Source: Burkholderiales bacterium (GTDB lineage: Bacteria > Pseudomonadota > Gammaproteobacteria > Burkholderiales > SHXO01). From it: 64,000 nucleotides of DNA. The stretch spans positions 60,573 to 124,572 of the forward strand of contig JADZGB010000003.1 of assembly GCA_020854105.1 (NCBI GenBank). The letters are read 5' to 3'. The stretch's first letter is position 1; each line of letters starts with the position of its first letter. The notes beneath the pieces were generated by a model. That model ran no database searches, was not told the DNA's origin, and was given only the letters and a program-made list of their open reading frames with translations. The translations under genes were made by a program, and so were the position numbers. Below are positions 1 through 9,230 of this stretch, in pieces.

Positions 1-19
1 GCAATGAAGTGAGGTGGCC

Positions 20-226
20 ATGGCACGCATAACCGTGGACGACTGCCTGAAAGCTATACCCAATCGTTTCGTGTTGACCCTGGCGGCCACCTACCGGGCG
101 CGGCAACTCACTCAGGGCGCCTCGCCCATGATCGATGGTGCGCGCGACAAGCCGACCGTTACCGCGTTGCGCGAGATCGCGGCGGGCAAGGTAGGGACCG
201 AGATTCTCAATCGAGGTCAGACCTGA
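20..226 (+). CDS. rpoZ: DNA-directed RNA polymerase subunit omega
   Basis: ATG at 20 follows GAGGTGG. The product [30 protein letters not shown]... matches omega. spoT follows directly, as in E. coli. Confidence 0.9.
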   Translation: MARITVDDCLKAIPNRFVLTLAATYRARQLTQGASPMIDGARDKPTVTALREIAAGKVGTEILNRGQT

Positions 227-324
227 GCCCGGACGCCTGACCGGGCAGCGTGAACGCGAGTCCACCGACCGGCCCTGCTCTTCCCGCCTCGCACCCGCAG
301 CGTGACTTGCAGGTGAACGTCTAC

Positions 325-2439
325 ATGTCCGAGGCCCAAGTCCTTCTCCGAGACGCTTCCAGCTACCTGCGCGCTGAAGACTTGCATCAGCTGCAGTCGG
401 CGTACGAATTCTCGGAAGCGGCGCACGAGGGACAGTTCCGGCGCTCCGGCGAACCCTACATCTCGCATCCGGTCGCGGTCGCCACCATCCTCGCGCAATG
501 GCACCTCGACCCGCAGGCGCTCACCGCCGCCCTGCTCCACGACGTGATGGAAGACACCACCGTCACCAAGAGCGAGATCGCCGAGCGCTTCGGCAAGATG
601 GTGGCCGACCTCGTGGACGGGGTGTCCAAGCTCGACAGGATCGAGTTCGAGAGCCAGGAGCACGCGCAGGCGGAGAACTTCCGCAAGATGCTGCTGGCCA
701 TGGCGCGCGACGTGCGCGTCATCCTGATCAAGCTCGCCGATCGCCTGCACAACATGCGCACGCTCGACGCGATGCATCCGATGAAGCGCGACCGCATCGC
801 GCGCGAGACGCTCGAGATCTATGCCCCGATCGCCAACCGGCTCGGCCTGAACAGCCTGTACCAGGAACTCGAGGATCTCGCGTTCCAGAACCTGTACCCG
901 AATCGCTATCGCGTCCTGCGTAGGGCGCTGGAGCAGCAGCGCGGCAACCGCAAGGAGGTGGTCGAACGCATCCAGTGGAGCATCCGCCAGCGCCTCGAGG
1001 AAGCGGGCATCGACGCACAGGTCACCGGCCGCGAGAAGAACCTGTACAGCATCTACCGCAAGATGCAGGACAAGAACCTGTCCTTCTCCAAGGTGCTGGA
1101 CATCTATGCGTTCCGCGTCATCGTGCAGGACGTGGCGGCGTGCTATCTGACGCTGGGCGGCCTGCACGGCCTGTACAAGCCGATCCCCGGCAAGTTCAAG
1201 GACTACATCGCCATTCCGAAGGCGAACGGCTACCAGTCGCTGCACACGACGCTGTTCGGCCCCTTCGGCAGTCCGATCGAGATCCAGATCCGCACCCTGG
1301 AGATGCACAAGCTGGCCGAGGCAGGGGTTGCCGCGCACTGGCTCTACAAGAGCACGGATGCCTCCTTGAACGAGCTGCAGCAGAAAACCCACCAGTGGCT
1401 GCAGAGCCTGCTGGAGATGCAGTCCGAGAGCGCCGACTCGGTGGAGTTCCTGGAGCACGTGAAGGTCGACCTGTTTCCGGACGAGACCTACGTGTTCACG
1501 CCCAAGGGCAAGATCATGGCGCTGCCGCACGGGGCGACCTGCGTGGACTTCGCCTATTCGGTGCACACCGACATCGGCAACCGGTGCGTCGCCGCGAAGC
1601 TCAATCATGAGCTGGTGCCGTTGCGCACCGAACTGAAGAATGGCGACCGCGTGGAGATCATCACTGCCAGTCACGCCAAGCCCAATCCGTCCTGGCTCAA
1701 CTTCGTGGTGACGGCGAAGGCACGCCACCACATCCGCCACTTCCTCAAGACCATGCAATACGAGGAGTCGGCGCAACTGGGCGAGCGTCTGCTGTCACAG
1801 GCACTGGGCGCCCTTGGCGGACGTCTGCGCGCCATCTCGGATGCCGACTGGGAGCGGCTGCTCAAGGAGGGCGGCAGCAGGGACCGCCAGGAAGTCCTGG
1901 CGGACATCGGCCTGGGCCGCGTGCTGGCGATCGTCATCGCGCGCAAGCTGCTGCCCAGCGCAACCGGCGTGGCAGCGCCCGCCTCCGCGCCGGGACCGAT
2001 CGTCATTCGCGGATCGGAGGGCATGGCCCTGCAGTTCGCCAAGTGCTGCCATCCGATACCGGGCGATCCCATCATCGGATTCATCAAGAAGGGACGAGGC
2101 ATGATCGTGCACACGCACGACTGTCCGATCATCGGCAGGATGAAGCGCGAGCCGGAGAAGTGGCTCGACGTCGAGTGGGCGCCGGAGACGCGGAAGCTGT
2201 TTTCGGTCAACATCAAGCTGCTGGCGTCAGACCAGCAGGGGGTGCTGGCCAAGGTTGCCTCGGAGATCTCGGACAACGACTCCAACATCGAGAACGTCAG
2301 CGTCGAACCGGGCGACAGTCTGGCCTACAGCAACATCCACTTCACCCTTCAGGTGCACAACCGTGTACATCTCGCGCAGATCATGCGCGGGCTGCGCCGG
2401 TTGCCCGAAGTCATAAGAATCAACCGACTGAAAGGATAG
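325..2439 (+). CDS. spoT: bifunctional (p)ppGpp synthetase/hydrolase SpoT
   Basis: HD hydrolase motif (HDVMEDT), RelA/SpoT synthetase core, and TGS/ACT-like C-terminus. The ORF opens at GTG 250, but ATG 325 (MSEAQVLL...) gives an N-terminus colinear with E. coli SpoT up to HEGQ. Confidence 0.9.
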   Translation: MSEAQVLLRDASSYLRAEDLHQLQSAYEFSEAAHEGQFRRSGEPYISHPVAVATILAQWHLDPQALTAALLHDVMEDTTVTKSEIAERFGKMVADLVDGVSKLDRIEFESQEHAQAENFRKMLLAMARDVRVILIKLADRLHNMRTLDAMHPMKRDRIARETLEIYAPIANRLGLNSLYQELEDLAFQNLYPNRYRVLRRALEQQRGNRKEVVERIQWSIRQRLEEAGIDAQVTGREKNLYSIYRKMQDKNLSFSKVLDIYAFRVIVQDVAACYLTLGGLHGLYKPIPGKFKDYIAIPKANGYQSLHTTLFGPFGSPIEIQIRTLEMHKLAEAGVAAHWLYKSTDASLNELQQKTHQWLQSLLEMQSESADSVEFLEHVKVDLFPDETYVFTPKGKIMALPHGATCVDFAYSVHTDIGNRCVAAKLNHELVPLRTELKNGDRVEIITASHAKPNPSWLNFVVTAKARHHIRHFLKTMQYEESAQLGERLLSQALGALGGRLRAISDADWERLLKEGGSRDRQEVLADIGLGRVLAIVIARKLLPSATGVAAPASAPGPIVIRGSEGMALQFAKCCHPIPGDPIIGFIKKGRGMIVHTHDCPIIGRMKREPEKWLDVEWAPETRKLFSVNIKLLASDQQGVLAKVASEISDNDSNIENVSVEPGDSLAYSNIHFTLQVHNRVHLAQIMRGLRRLPEVIRINRLKG

Positions 2440-2505
2440 GCGCGAAGCGACACGCCGCTTGCTGGATCGTCGGATCCGCAGTCGGCGCGCAGCGCACCCC
2501 AAACC

Positions 2506-3273
2506 ATGGAACAACTGTTCACCCCCCAGTTCTACTCTGCCCTGCTGGCCATCATCATCATCGATCTGGTCCTCGCGGGCGACAACGCCATCGTGATCGC
2601 GCTCGCCGCGCGCAAGCTCCCGCAGCACCTGCAGATGCGCGCTGTGGTGTGGGGCACGGGCGGCGCCATCGCGGTGCGGGTAGCGATGACGCTGATCGTC
2701 GTGCAGTTGCTCAAGATCCCCGGTCTGATGCTGGCCGGCGGAGTGCTGCTCGTATGGATCGCCTACAAGCTCCTGGCGGGCGATGGCGCCGAGGAGGGCC
2801 ACGCGGGCGGCACGAACATCACCGGGTTCTGGTCGGCGATCCGCACCATCATCATCGCCGATGCAGTGATGGGGCTGGACAACGTGCTGGGAGTGGCGGG
2901 GGCCGCGCACGGCAGCATGCTGCTGGTGGTGCTCGGGCTGCTGATCAGCATTCCGATCATGGTCTGGGGAAGCACGATGATCCTGAAGATGGTCGACCGC
3001 TATCCCGGGATCGTCTACATCGGCGCTGGCGTACTCGCCTGGACCGCGGCGAAGATGATCCTGCACGAGCCGCTGGTGGCAACGCGCCTCGCCGCAATGC
3101 CATGGGTGAACTGGCTGGTCTACCTGGTCGTGATCGGGGGTGTGCTCGCCGGAGGCAAGCTGCGCAACAGGCGTCCCAAACCGGCAGGAATCGTGCTCCC
3201 GGAACACGCCGGCGAAGCCGCGCGCGACCCCGCCGGCGACGGCGGTTCGGCCGGCTCGAACCGTCAGGTTTGA
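2506..3273 (+). CDS. TerC/YjbE-family integral membrane protein
   Basis: Paired 'LAGDNAIVIAL' and 'VMGLDNVLGVAG' TerC signature repeats with multiple hydrophobic helices. Confidence 0.8.
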   Translation: MEQLFTPQFYSALLAIIIIDLVLAGDNAIVIALAARKLPQHLQMRAVVWGTGGAIAVRVAMTLIVVQLLKIPGLMLAGGVLLVWIAYKLLAGDGAEEGHAGGTNITGFWSAIRTIIIADAVMGLDNVLGVAGAAHGSMLLVVLGLLISIPIMVWGSTMILKMVDRYPGIVYIGAGVLAWTAAKMILHEPLVATRLAAMPWVNWLVYLVVIGGVLAGGKLRNRRPKPAGIVLPEHAGEAARDPAGDGGSAGSNRQV

Positions 3274-3356
3274 CCCAGGTCAACCTCGGCACGCCGGAAC
3301 GGACCTAACGTGCAATGATGGTCGTGCTGTGCGGATCGGGAACATCGGAGGGAAGC

Positions 3357-3674
3357 ATGAAGAGGATCGTCGCAATCGCAGCGCTGGCAGTGCTGCAACT
3401 GGCTTTCGGCGCCTACGCCGGTGAGGGCGGCGCGACCCTGGACGAGTTGCGCCAGGCGAAGCCCAAGGCGACGCAGACCGTGCGTCAGGAGTCGCTGGAA
3501 CTGCCCGGGCTGACTGCCTGCCACCAGTGCGAATGGCGTCCCAAGATGAACAAAATGGTCGCGTCCGAACAGTGCGGTACGACCGCGGATGGAGGCGCGC
3601 GCATGGGTCAGTTCGAGTGCGGCTTCTCGCCCGATTGCGAGCGGGTGTGCAACTTCATACAGTGCAGCGAGTAG
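3357..3674 (+). CDS. hypothetical small secreted cysteine-rich protein
   Basis: GGAGGG lies upstream of ATG 3357. Signal-peptide-like MKRIVAIAALAVLQLAFGAYAG. The mature part has 7 Cys, including CHQC and CERVC. No family recognised. Confidence 0.5.
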   Translation: MKRIVAIAALAVLQLAFGAYAGEGGATLDELRQAKPKATQTVRQESLELPGLTACHQCEWRPKMNKMVASEQCGTTADGGARMGQFECGFSPDCERVCNFIQCSE

Positions 3675-3695
3675 GAGAACAGTCCTTCTGCACCT

Positions 3696-3720
3696 GACCG
3701 GGCGGCTCTGCCGCCCGGTC
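3696..3720. terminator. bidirectional terminator-like hairpin between convergent genes
   Basis: Perfect 10-bp stem GACCGGGCGG / CCGCCCGGTC with a 5-nt loop. It sits between the stops at 3674 (+) and 3737 (-). The T-tract is weak. Confidence 0.45.
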
Positions 3721-3736
3721 CCGTTTCAGCTCCGTC

Positions 3737-4975
3737 TCAGATCCTGGGCCGCTGCATCTTGCAGCTGGTCTCGGTGGCCGTGTCCTTCGCCTCGATACGC
3801 CCATCGGTACGGAAAGCCAGGCCGGTCCGCTCCAGGTCGAACTTGGCCCCGGCTTTCCCTGCCTTGGTGAAGGTCGAGATGAACATGGGCTGCAGCAACT
3901 GGTGATTGTCTGCGCGCATGGTCACCTCCCCGGTGAAGGTCTGGAGCTTCATGCCCTCCAGTGCGAGGGCCACCTTGCCCGGGTCGGTGGACTTCGACGT
4001 CTCCATCGCCTTGGCCAGCATCTCGATGACATTGCGCGAGGCGAGCCAGACGAAGTCGTCCTTGCTATCGGGAAAACGCTTGCGATATGCCTGCACCAGG
4101 GCGTCGGACTCGGGATCGCCGACGTTGGCGTGCCAGTGGCTGATCTGCTTCACGTGTTCGACACCGGCCTCGCCGATCGCCGTCGGACCGCCCGAGATCC
4201 CGGCATAGTAGGTGTAGTAATCCACCGCCAGCCCGGCGTCCTTGCCTGCCTTGACCAGCAGCGCCAGGTCGGCGCCCCAGTTCCCGGTCACCACCGAGTC
4301 CGCGCCGGCGGCCTTGATCTTGGCGATGTAGGGCGCGAAATCCTTAACCTTGCCCAGCGGATGCAGGTCGTCGCCGACGATCTTGATGTCGGGCCGCTTC
4401 TTCGCCAGCATCTCCTTCGCGCTCTTCGACACGGCGTGGCCGAACGCGTAGTCCTGGTTGATGAGATAGACCTTCTGCACCTTCTTCTGCTGGGCCATGT
4501 AGCTGGTCAGCGCCTGCATCTTCATGTCCGCGTCGGCGTCGAACCGGAAGTGCCAGAAGTTGCAGCGCTCGTTGGTGAGCGCCGGATCGACGGCGGCGTA
4601 GTTGAGGAACAGGATGGTGCGTGCGGGATTGCGCTGATTGTGCTTCGCCACCCCGTCGGAAAGCGCCGCAGCCACGGCCGAGGAATTGCCCTGCATCACG
4701 TAGCGCACACCCTGGTCGGTGAGCTGCTTGAGCGCGTTCAGTGCCTCCTGCGGATTGGCCTTGCTGTCCAGGGCCACCAGTTCGAACTTCTGGCCGTTCA
4801 CGCCGCCGCGGGCATTGATCTCCTCGACCACCAGCTGGTAGCCGCGCAGCCCCTGCTGCCCGACATTGGCGAACGGCCCCGACAGCGGGTCGACGAAACC
4901 GACCTTGATGGTCTGGGCGTGCGCCATGCCCACGGTCAGTCCCAGGGCAGCGGCGACCAGGTACTTTCTCGACAT
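3737..4975 (-). CDS. ABC transporter substrate-binding protein, LivK/branched-chain amino acid type
   Basis: Signal peptide followed by 'QTIKVGFVDPLSGPFANVGQ', typical of the Leu/Ile/Val-binding protein family. No permease or ATPase genes are adjacent. Confidence 0.8.
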   Translation of the reverse strand: MSRKYLVAAALGLTVGMAHAQTIKVGFVDPLSGPFANVGQQGLRGYQLVVEEINARGGVNGQKFELVALDSKANPQEALNALKQLTDQGVRYVMQGNSSAVAAALSDGVAKHNQRNPARTILFLNYAAVDPALTNERCNFWHFRFDADADMKMQALTSYMAQQKKVQKVYLINQDYAFGHAVSKSAKEMLAKKRPDIKIVGDDLHPLGKVKDFAPYIAKIKAAGADSVVTGNWGADLALLVKAGKDAGLAVDYYTYYAGISGGPTAIGEAGVEHVKQISHWHANVGDPESDALVQAYRKRFPDSKDDFVWLASRNVIEMLAKAMETSKSTDPGKVALALEGMKLQTFTGEVTMRADNHQLLQPMFISTFTKAGKAGAKFDLERTGLAFRTDGRIEAKDTATETSCKMQRPRI

Positions 4976-5109
4976 GCTTGCTCCTCCAGTTTTCGGACCG
5001 CGACGATGCGGTTCGCCTTGTTGCAGACAACGATGCGGCGGCCCGTACGTTTACATCGGTCGGCGCATGTGCTGCTGCATTCTAACGCCCGGGCCAATGG
5101 CGGTGGACG

Positions 5110-6087
5110 TCAGCGCAACAGAAAGACCGCGAACTGCTCCAGAGCATCGGTCCAGCAGCGCGCCTGGGCGAAACCGGCTTCGCGCGCCATCGCCTCGAAC
5201 TGTGCCGGCCGGTACTTGTAGGAATTCTCGGTGAGAATGGACTCATCGGGCTGGAAGTGGACCGGCACGCCACCGACATGCACCACCTGACGGCGGCGGC
5301 TGACCAGGTGCATCTCCACTCGCTGATGCAGCGCATCATAGTGAGCCCGGTGGACGAATGCGGAGAGATCGAAATCAGCCCCCAGTTCCCGGTTGATGCG
5401 TGACAGCACGTTCAGGTTGAAACGCGCGGTGATGCCTTCCGGGTCGTCATAGGCGCGTTCCAGCACAGTCCGCGCCTTCACCAGGTCGATGCCGATCACA
5501 CAGGCGCCCGACGCTCCGGTATGCGTGTGCATGTCGCTCAGGAAGGCGCGCGCTTCGGGCGGCTCGAAGTTGCCCAGGGTGGACCCCGGGAAGAACAGCA
5601 CGCGCGGCCCGGTGACGCAATCGATCTGGCGCTGCACCCGCGGATCCGCGAAGTCACCCGCGAGGGCGGTCACCGACAACCACGAATACTCGCCGGCCAG
5701 GCGGCCAGCCTCGTCGAACAGCTGCCGTTCCTACACGTCGATTGCCAGATAGGCCCGCGGACGCAGGGCCGGCAGCAGCAACCGGATCTTGCGCATCTCG
5801 CCGGCACCGGGCTCGATCACCGCGGCGTCGGGCCCGAGGACCGCGGCGAGGTCCCCGGCATGCCGCGTCAGGATCCCGGTCTCCACCCGCGTCGGATAGT
5901 AGGCCTGGGTGGTGCACAGCGCCTGGAACAGCCGCGCACCCCACGCGTCGTAGAACAGCTTCGGGGGCAGCTGCTTGGGCTTGGCTCGCAGCCCGTCCAG
6001 CACGTCGGCCCGGATCCCGGCGTCGGGTTCAGGCAGGGACAGCAGTCGCAGATTCGGCGATGCGGGCGCCAGCAGGCTGGTGGTCAT
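5110..6087 (-). pseudogene. EgtD-type (Methyltransf_33) histidine N-alpha-methyltransferase homologue interrupted by an in-frame TAG
   Basis: ORFs 5731..6087 (...PKQLPPKLFYDAWGARLF...YYPTRVE...YLAIDV*) and 5110..5679 (...GSTLGNFEPPEA...NLNVL...TENSYKY...) are in the same frame. They are joined by one TAG at 5731-5733. The read-through sequence IDV*ERQLFDEAGRLAGEY is colinear with EgtD. Confidence 0.75.
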
Positions 6088-6214
6088 TCGGATGGCGGGC
6101 GCGGGAAGGCGGCCGATTGGTTCACTCCGGCGCCGGGCAGCAGGTGGCGTGCCCGATGCGAAGGGCGAGCCGGTCAGGCGTCTGGCGACAGCCGCACCAC
6201 GCAGGGCAGCGCGG

Positions 6215-7135
6215 TCAGCGCCTGAGCGCGAACAGCGGCGCGGCCAGCAGACCCTGGATCACGGCACACGCTCCGTAGAGCACGGCCGCAGCGACCGCCT
6301 GGTCAGCCGGCACGCCGAGTACCCCAAGCGTCGCCGCGGCCGCCGCTTCACGCACGCCGAAGCCCGCGATGCCGATCGGCAGGGCAGCCATGACGAAGAT
6401 GGGCGCGGCCGCCGCCGTCACGGCCGCCAATCCCAGGCCGATGTGAACGGCCTCGGCGCACGCCCAGAAGGCGATCGCCGACAGCAGCTGCACTAGCAGC
6501 GACGATGCCACCGAGCCGAGCAGCACGGTTCGCGCCGAGTGCAGCGGTCCGAGCATGCGCCCAATGGCGCGTTTCAGCGCAGCGAACGGCAGCGGCTGCG
6601 CCTTCGCATGCGCAGGCACCGGCCAAGGCAGCAGCGGGGCGACGAGAGCGGCGGCCAGCGCCAGCGCATACCAACCCGCCGCACCGCCAGCAGGCAGCTG
6701 GTGCAACAGGAGTGCGGCCGCGGTTGCCGCCAGGGACAGCCCGCACAGCACCCACAGGCCGCTCAGACGGTCCAGGAACACCGACAAGGCCGAGCGCGGC
6801 AGCGGGTTTCCGAGCGCGCTCAGTTCGACGCTGCGCAGCACATCGCCAGACAGCGTGGCGCCGGGAAGCAGCACGTTGAGCGTGATGCCGCGCGCATACA
6901 TGAAAAGGAGACGGCGCGCCGGGGCGTGCAGGGCGAGCGCACGCGCGATCGCCGACCAGCGCATCGCGGAAGCCATGTTGGCAGCGATGGACATGGCGAG
7001 CGCCAACGCCAGCCAGCGCCCCTGGATGCCGGACAGCCGCGCTGCCAGGCGGCCCGGCTCGGTGTGAAATACGACCAGGGCGAAGAGGACCAGGCCGGCA
7101 CCGACGTGCAGGACGATGCGCATGAATCCGCTCAT
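6215..7135 (-). CDS. UPF0104 / lysylphosphatidylglycerol-synthase-TM (flippase-like) membrane protein
   Basis: Polytopic protein starting MSGFMRIVLHVGAGLVLFALVV..., with 'ARGITLNVLLPGATLSGDVLRS'. Its ATG overlaps the upstream stop (ATGA at 7132-7135). The 113 upstream codons of the ORF are Arg/Ala-rich shadow. Confidence 0.7.
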   Translation of the reverse strand: MSGFMRIVLHVGAGLVLFALVVFHTEPGRLAARLSGIQGRWLALALAMSIAANMASAMRWSAIARALALHAPARRLLFMYARGITLNVLLPGATLSGDVLRSVELSALGNPLPRSALSVFLDRLSGLWVLCGLSLAATAAALLLHQLPAGGAAGWYALALAAALVAPLLPWPVPAHAKAQPLPFAALKRAIGRMLGPLHSARTVLLGSVASSLLVQLLSAIAFWACAEAVHIGLGLAAVTAAAAPIFVMAALPIGIAGFGVREAAAAATLGVLGVPADQAVAAAVLYGACAVIQGLLAAPLFALRR

Positions 7136-8247
7136 GCGCGTCGCGCTCGATCCTGCTCGTCGCTGGCAGGTTCCGGGCGCGGATCGGAGGCAGTAGGAGG
7201 CGGGCGCAGCCGGTACTGCGCACGGCCCTGCGGCTCGTGCCAGATGCGCGTGAGCAGCTCTCCCAGCACGCCGGTGGCGATCAGCTGGACGCCCATCAGC
7301 AGCAGCATCACGCCCACGAGCAACAGCGGACGGCCACCGATGTCGTTGCCGTGCACGAACTTGTCGACGGCGAGGTAGGCGAGGCTCACACCGCCTGTGC
7401 CGAGCAGAGCCATGCCGACCCCGCCGAAGGCCTGCAGCGGCCTGTGCAGGAAGCGCATGAGGAACCTGATCCACAGCAGGTCGAGCACGACGCGCAGCGT
7501 GCGGTCCAGGCCGTACTTCGAGCGGCCGCGCATGCGCGGATGGTGCAGCACCGGCACCTCGACGATGCGGGCGCCCGCATCGGCCGCCAGCGCGGGAACG
7601 AATCGATGCAGTTCACCGTACAGGTGGACGTCGCGCACGATGCCCGCGCGATACACCTTCAGCGCGCAGCCGTAGTCGTGCAGGCGCACGCCGGTCACGC
7701 GCGAGATGATGCGGTTGGCCATCATCGAAGGCAGGCGGCGCGACAACATCCGGTCCTGGCGCGCCTTGCGCCAGCCCGAGATGACGTCGACGGACGGATC
7801 GGCATCCAGCATGTCGAGCAGCCTGGGGATGTCGGCAGGGTCGTTCTGCAGGTCGCCGTCCAGCGTGACCACGGTCTCCCCGCGCACGGCGTCGAAGCCT
7901 GCCTGCAGCGCAGCGGATTGACCGTAGTTGCGTATCAGATAGACCGGGCGCAGCCACGGCCGCGACTGCGCGAGGCGCGCGAGGATGCCGGGCGTGGCAT
8001 CGCGCGATCCGTCGTCGACGCAGATCAGTTCGAAACCGCGCCGAGTGGGCGCCATTGCAGCTTCGACGCGGGCCACCAGCTCTTCGACGTTCTCGGCCTC
8101 GTCGTGCACCGGCACGACCACGGAGACCTGTACCGGGGTGTCGTCAGCGCCGCCATGCGCACCGTACGGCAACACGCCTGGATCCGGCCGATGCAACTCG
8201 CCGTCGAGGAGGCTCGCGTGTATGTGCGGCATTCTCGCCATCGTCAT
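7132..8247 (-). CDS. family 2 glycosyltransferase, polyprenyl-phosphate sugar transferase type (ArnC/GtrB/DPM1-like)
   Basis: 'VSVVVPVHDEAENVEEL...ELICVDDGSRDAT...NYGQSAAL...VTLDGDLQNDP' with two C-terminal TM helices. Start ATG 8247 overlaps the upstream stop (ATGA). Confidence 0.85.
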   Translation of the reverse strand: MTMARMPHIHASLLDGELHRPDPGVLPYGAHGGADDTPVQVSVVVPVHDEAENVEELVARVEAAMAPTRRGFELICVDDGSRDATPGILARLAQSRPWLRPVYLIRNYGQSAALQAGFDAVRGETVVTLDGDLQNDPADIPRLLDMLDADPSVDVISGWRKARQDRMLSRRLPSMMANRIISRVTGVRLHDYGCALKVYRAGIVRDVHLYGELHRFVPALAADAGARIVEVPVLHHPRMRGRSKYGLDRTLRVVLDLLWIRFLMRFLHRPLQAFGGVGMALLGTGGVSLAYLAVDKFVHGNDIGGRPLLLVGVMLLLMGVQLIATGVLGELLTRIWHEPQGRAQYRLRPPPTASDPRPEPASDEQDRARRA

Positions 8248-9188
8248 TCCCGCTCTGGTGGCGGCGGTGCACCGGGCGGCCGCTTGTGGCGCGAGTAGGC
8301 CCACAGGTACTGCTCCGGGCAGCGGGCCACCATCCGCTCGATGGCGGCATTCATCCGGCGCACACCCTCGACGCCCGACAGATCACCATGCACCGGCTCG
8401 ACCTCGATGTCGTAACCCCCGGCATGTGGACGGCGCAATGCGGCCGCTACGAATACGGCCGGGCGCGTCAGTTCGCACAGGCGGCCGATCAGCGTCATGG
8501 TATACGCCGGACGCCCGAAGAAATCGACCCATACGCCCTCTCCGAAGCGCGGCACCTGGTCGGGCAGCACGCCGATCGCCTCGCCGCTGCGCAGTGCCTT
8601 GAGCAGCCGGCGCACGCCGCTGGCACTGGCGGGCGCCAGGCGCACGTTGCCGCGGCCGCGGCCGGACTCGATCAGGCCATGCAACCACTGCACGCGCGGT
8701 GGCCGGTACAGCACGGTGATCGGAATGGACTGGGCGGCGTACAGGGCAGCCACCTCGAAACAGCCCAGGTGCGGGGTGAGCAGGATGACGCCCCGGCCCG
8801 CGGCATGGGCCTCGCGCACCAGGTCTTCGCCGCGCACGCTGCGTACCAGCGCGACGGAGGCGCGCTGATCGCGAAACCAGAGCGGAATGGTCTCGATCGC
8901 CTGCCGCCCCGTCTCGTCGATGTTGGCGCGCAGCACGCGGCGGTACTCTGCCTCGGTGGCACACAGGCCGCTTGCCTTAAGATTGGCACGCAGGCGGCGC
9001 GCATAGCGCCCCGACAGCGCGTAGGCAAGACGACCGCCCAGCGCCCCGATTGCATGGAAGACCGACAGAGGCAGGCGCGCCAGCTGGCGCAGGATGACGA
9101 TCACGAGTCGCTGGAGTTGTTCCTTCCATTCGGGCGATGCGATTCTACTGTAACGGCTGCACGCCCCCGGCACGCGCCACACCTGCAC
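8244..9188 (-). CDS. LpxL/HtrB-family lipid A (lysophospholipid) acyltransferase
   Basis: N-terminal TM segment followed by 'RANL...ILLTPHLGCFE' (HX4E/D acyltransferase box). Colinear with late lipid A acyltransferases. The GTG start at 9188 is uncertain. Confidence 0.8.
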   Translation of the reverse strand: MQVWRVPGACSRYSRIASPEWKEQLQRLVIVILRQLARLPLSVFHAIGALGGRLAYALSGRYARRLRANLKASGLCATEAEYRRVLRANIDETGRQAIETIPLWFRDQRASVALVRSVRGEDLVREAHAAGRGVILLTPHLGCFEVAALYAAQSIPITVLYRPPRVQWLHGLIESGRGRGNVRLAPASASGVRRLLKALRSGEAIGVLPDQVPRFGEGVWVDFFGRPAYTMTLIGRLCELTRPAVFVAAALRRPHAGGYDIEVEPVHGDLSGVEGVRRMNAAIERMVARCPEQYLWAYSRHKRPPGAPPPPERE

Positions 9189-9230
9189 TCAGGCAGTAGA
9201 ATCGGGCCACGCCATCACCCGCATCTCCAC

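Noticed and set aside
1-13. Possible 3' end of an upstream gene (gmk-like position) before rpoZ
   Set aside because: Only about 12 nt are visible, which cannot support any call.
2440-2505. Possible yybP-ykoY (Mn) riboswitch upstream of the TerC-family gene
   Set aside because: The spacer is only 66 bp. I could not see the conserved four-way-junction sequence elements, so there is no support.
8055-9230. First about 390 codons of a 734-aa plus-strand ORF running antisense to the LpxL-like and GT2 genes
   Set aside because: Arg/Ala/Pro-rich, with no recognisable motif. The opposite strand carries clear acyltransferase and GT2 signatures. This is a typical high-GC shadow frame. Only the part after 9231 looks like a real protein.
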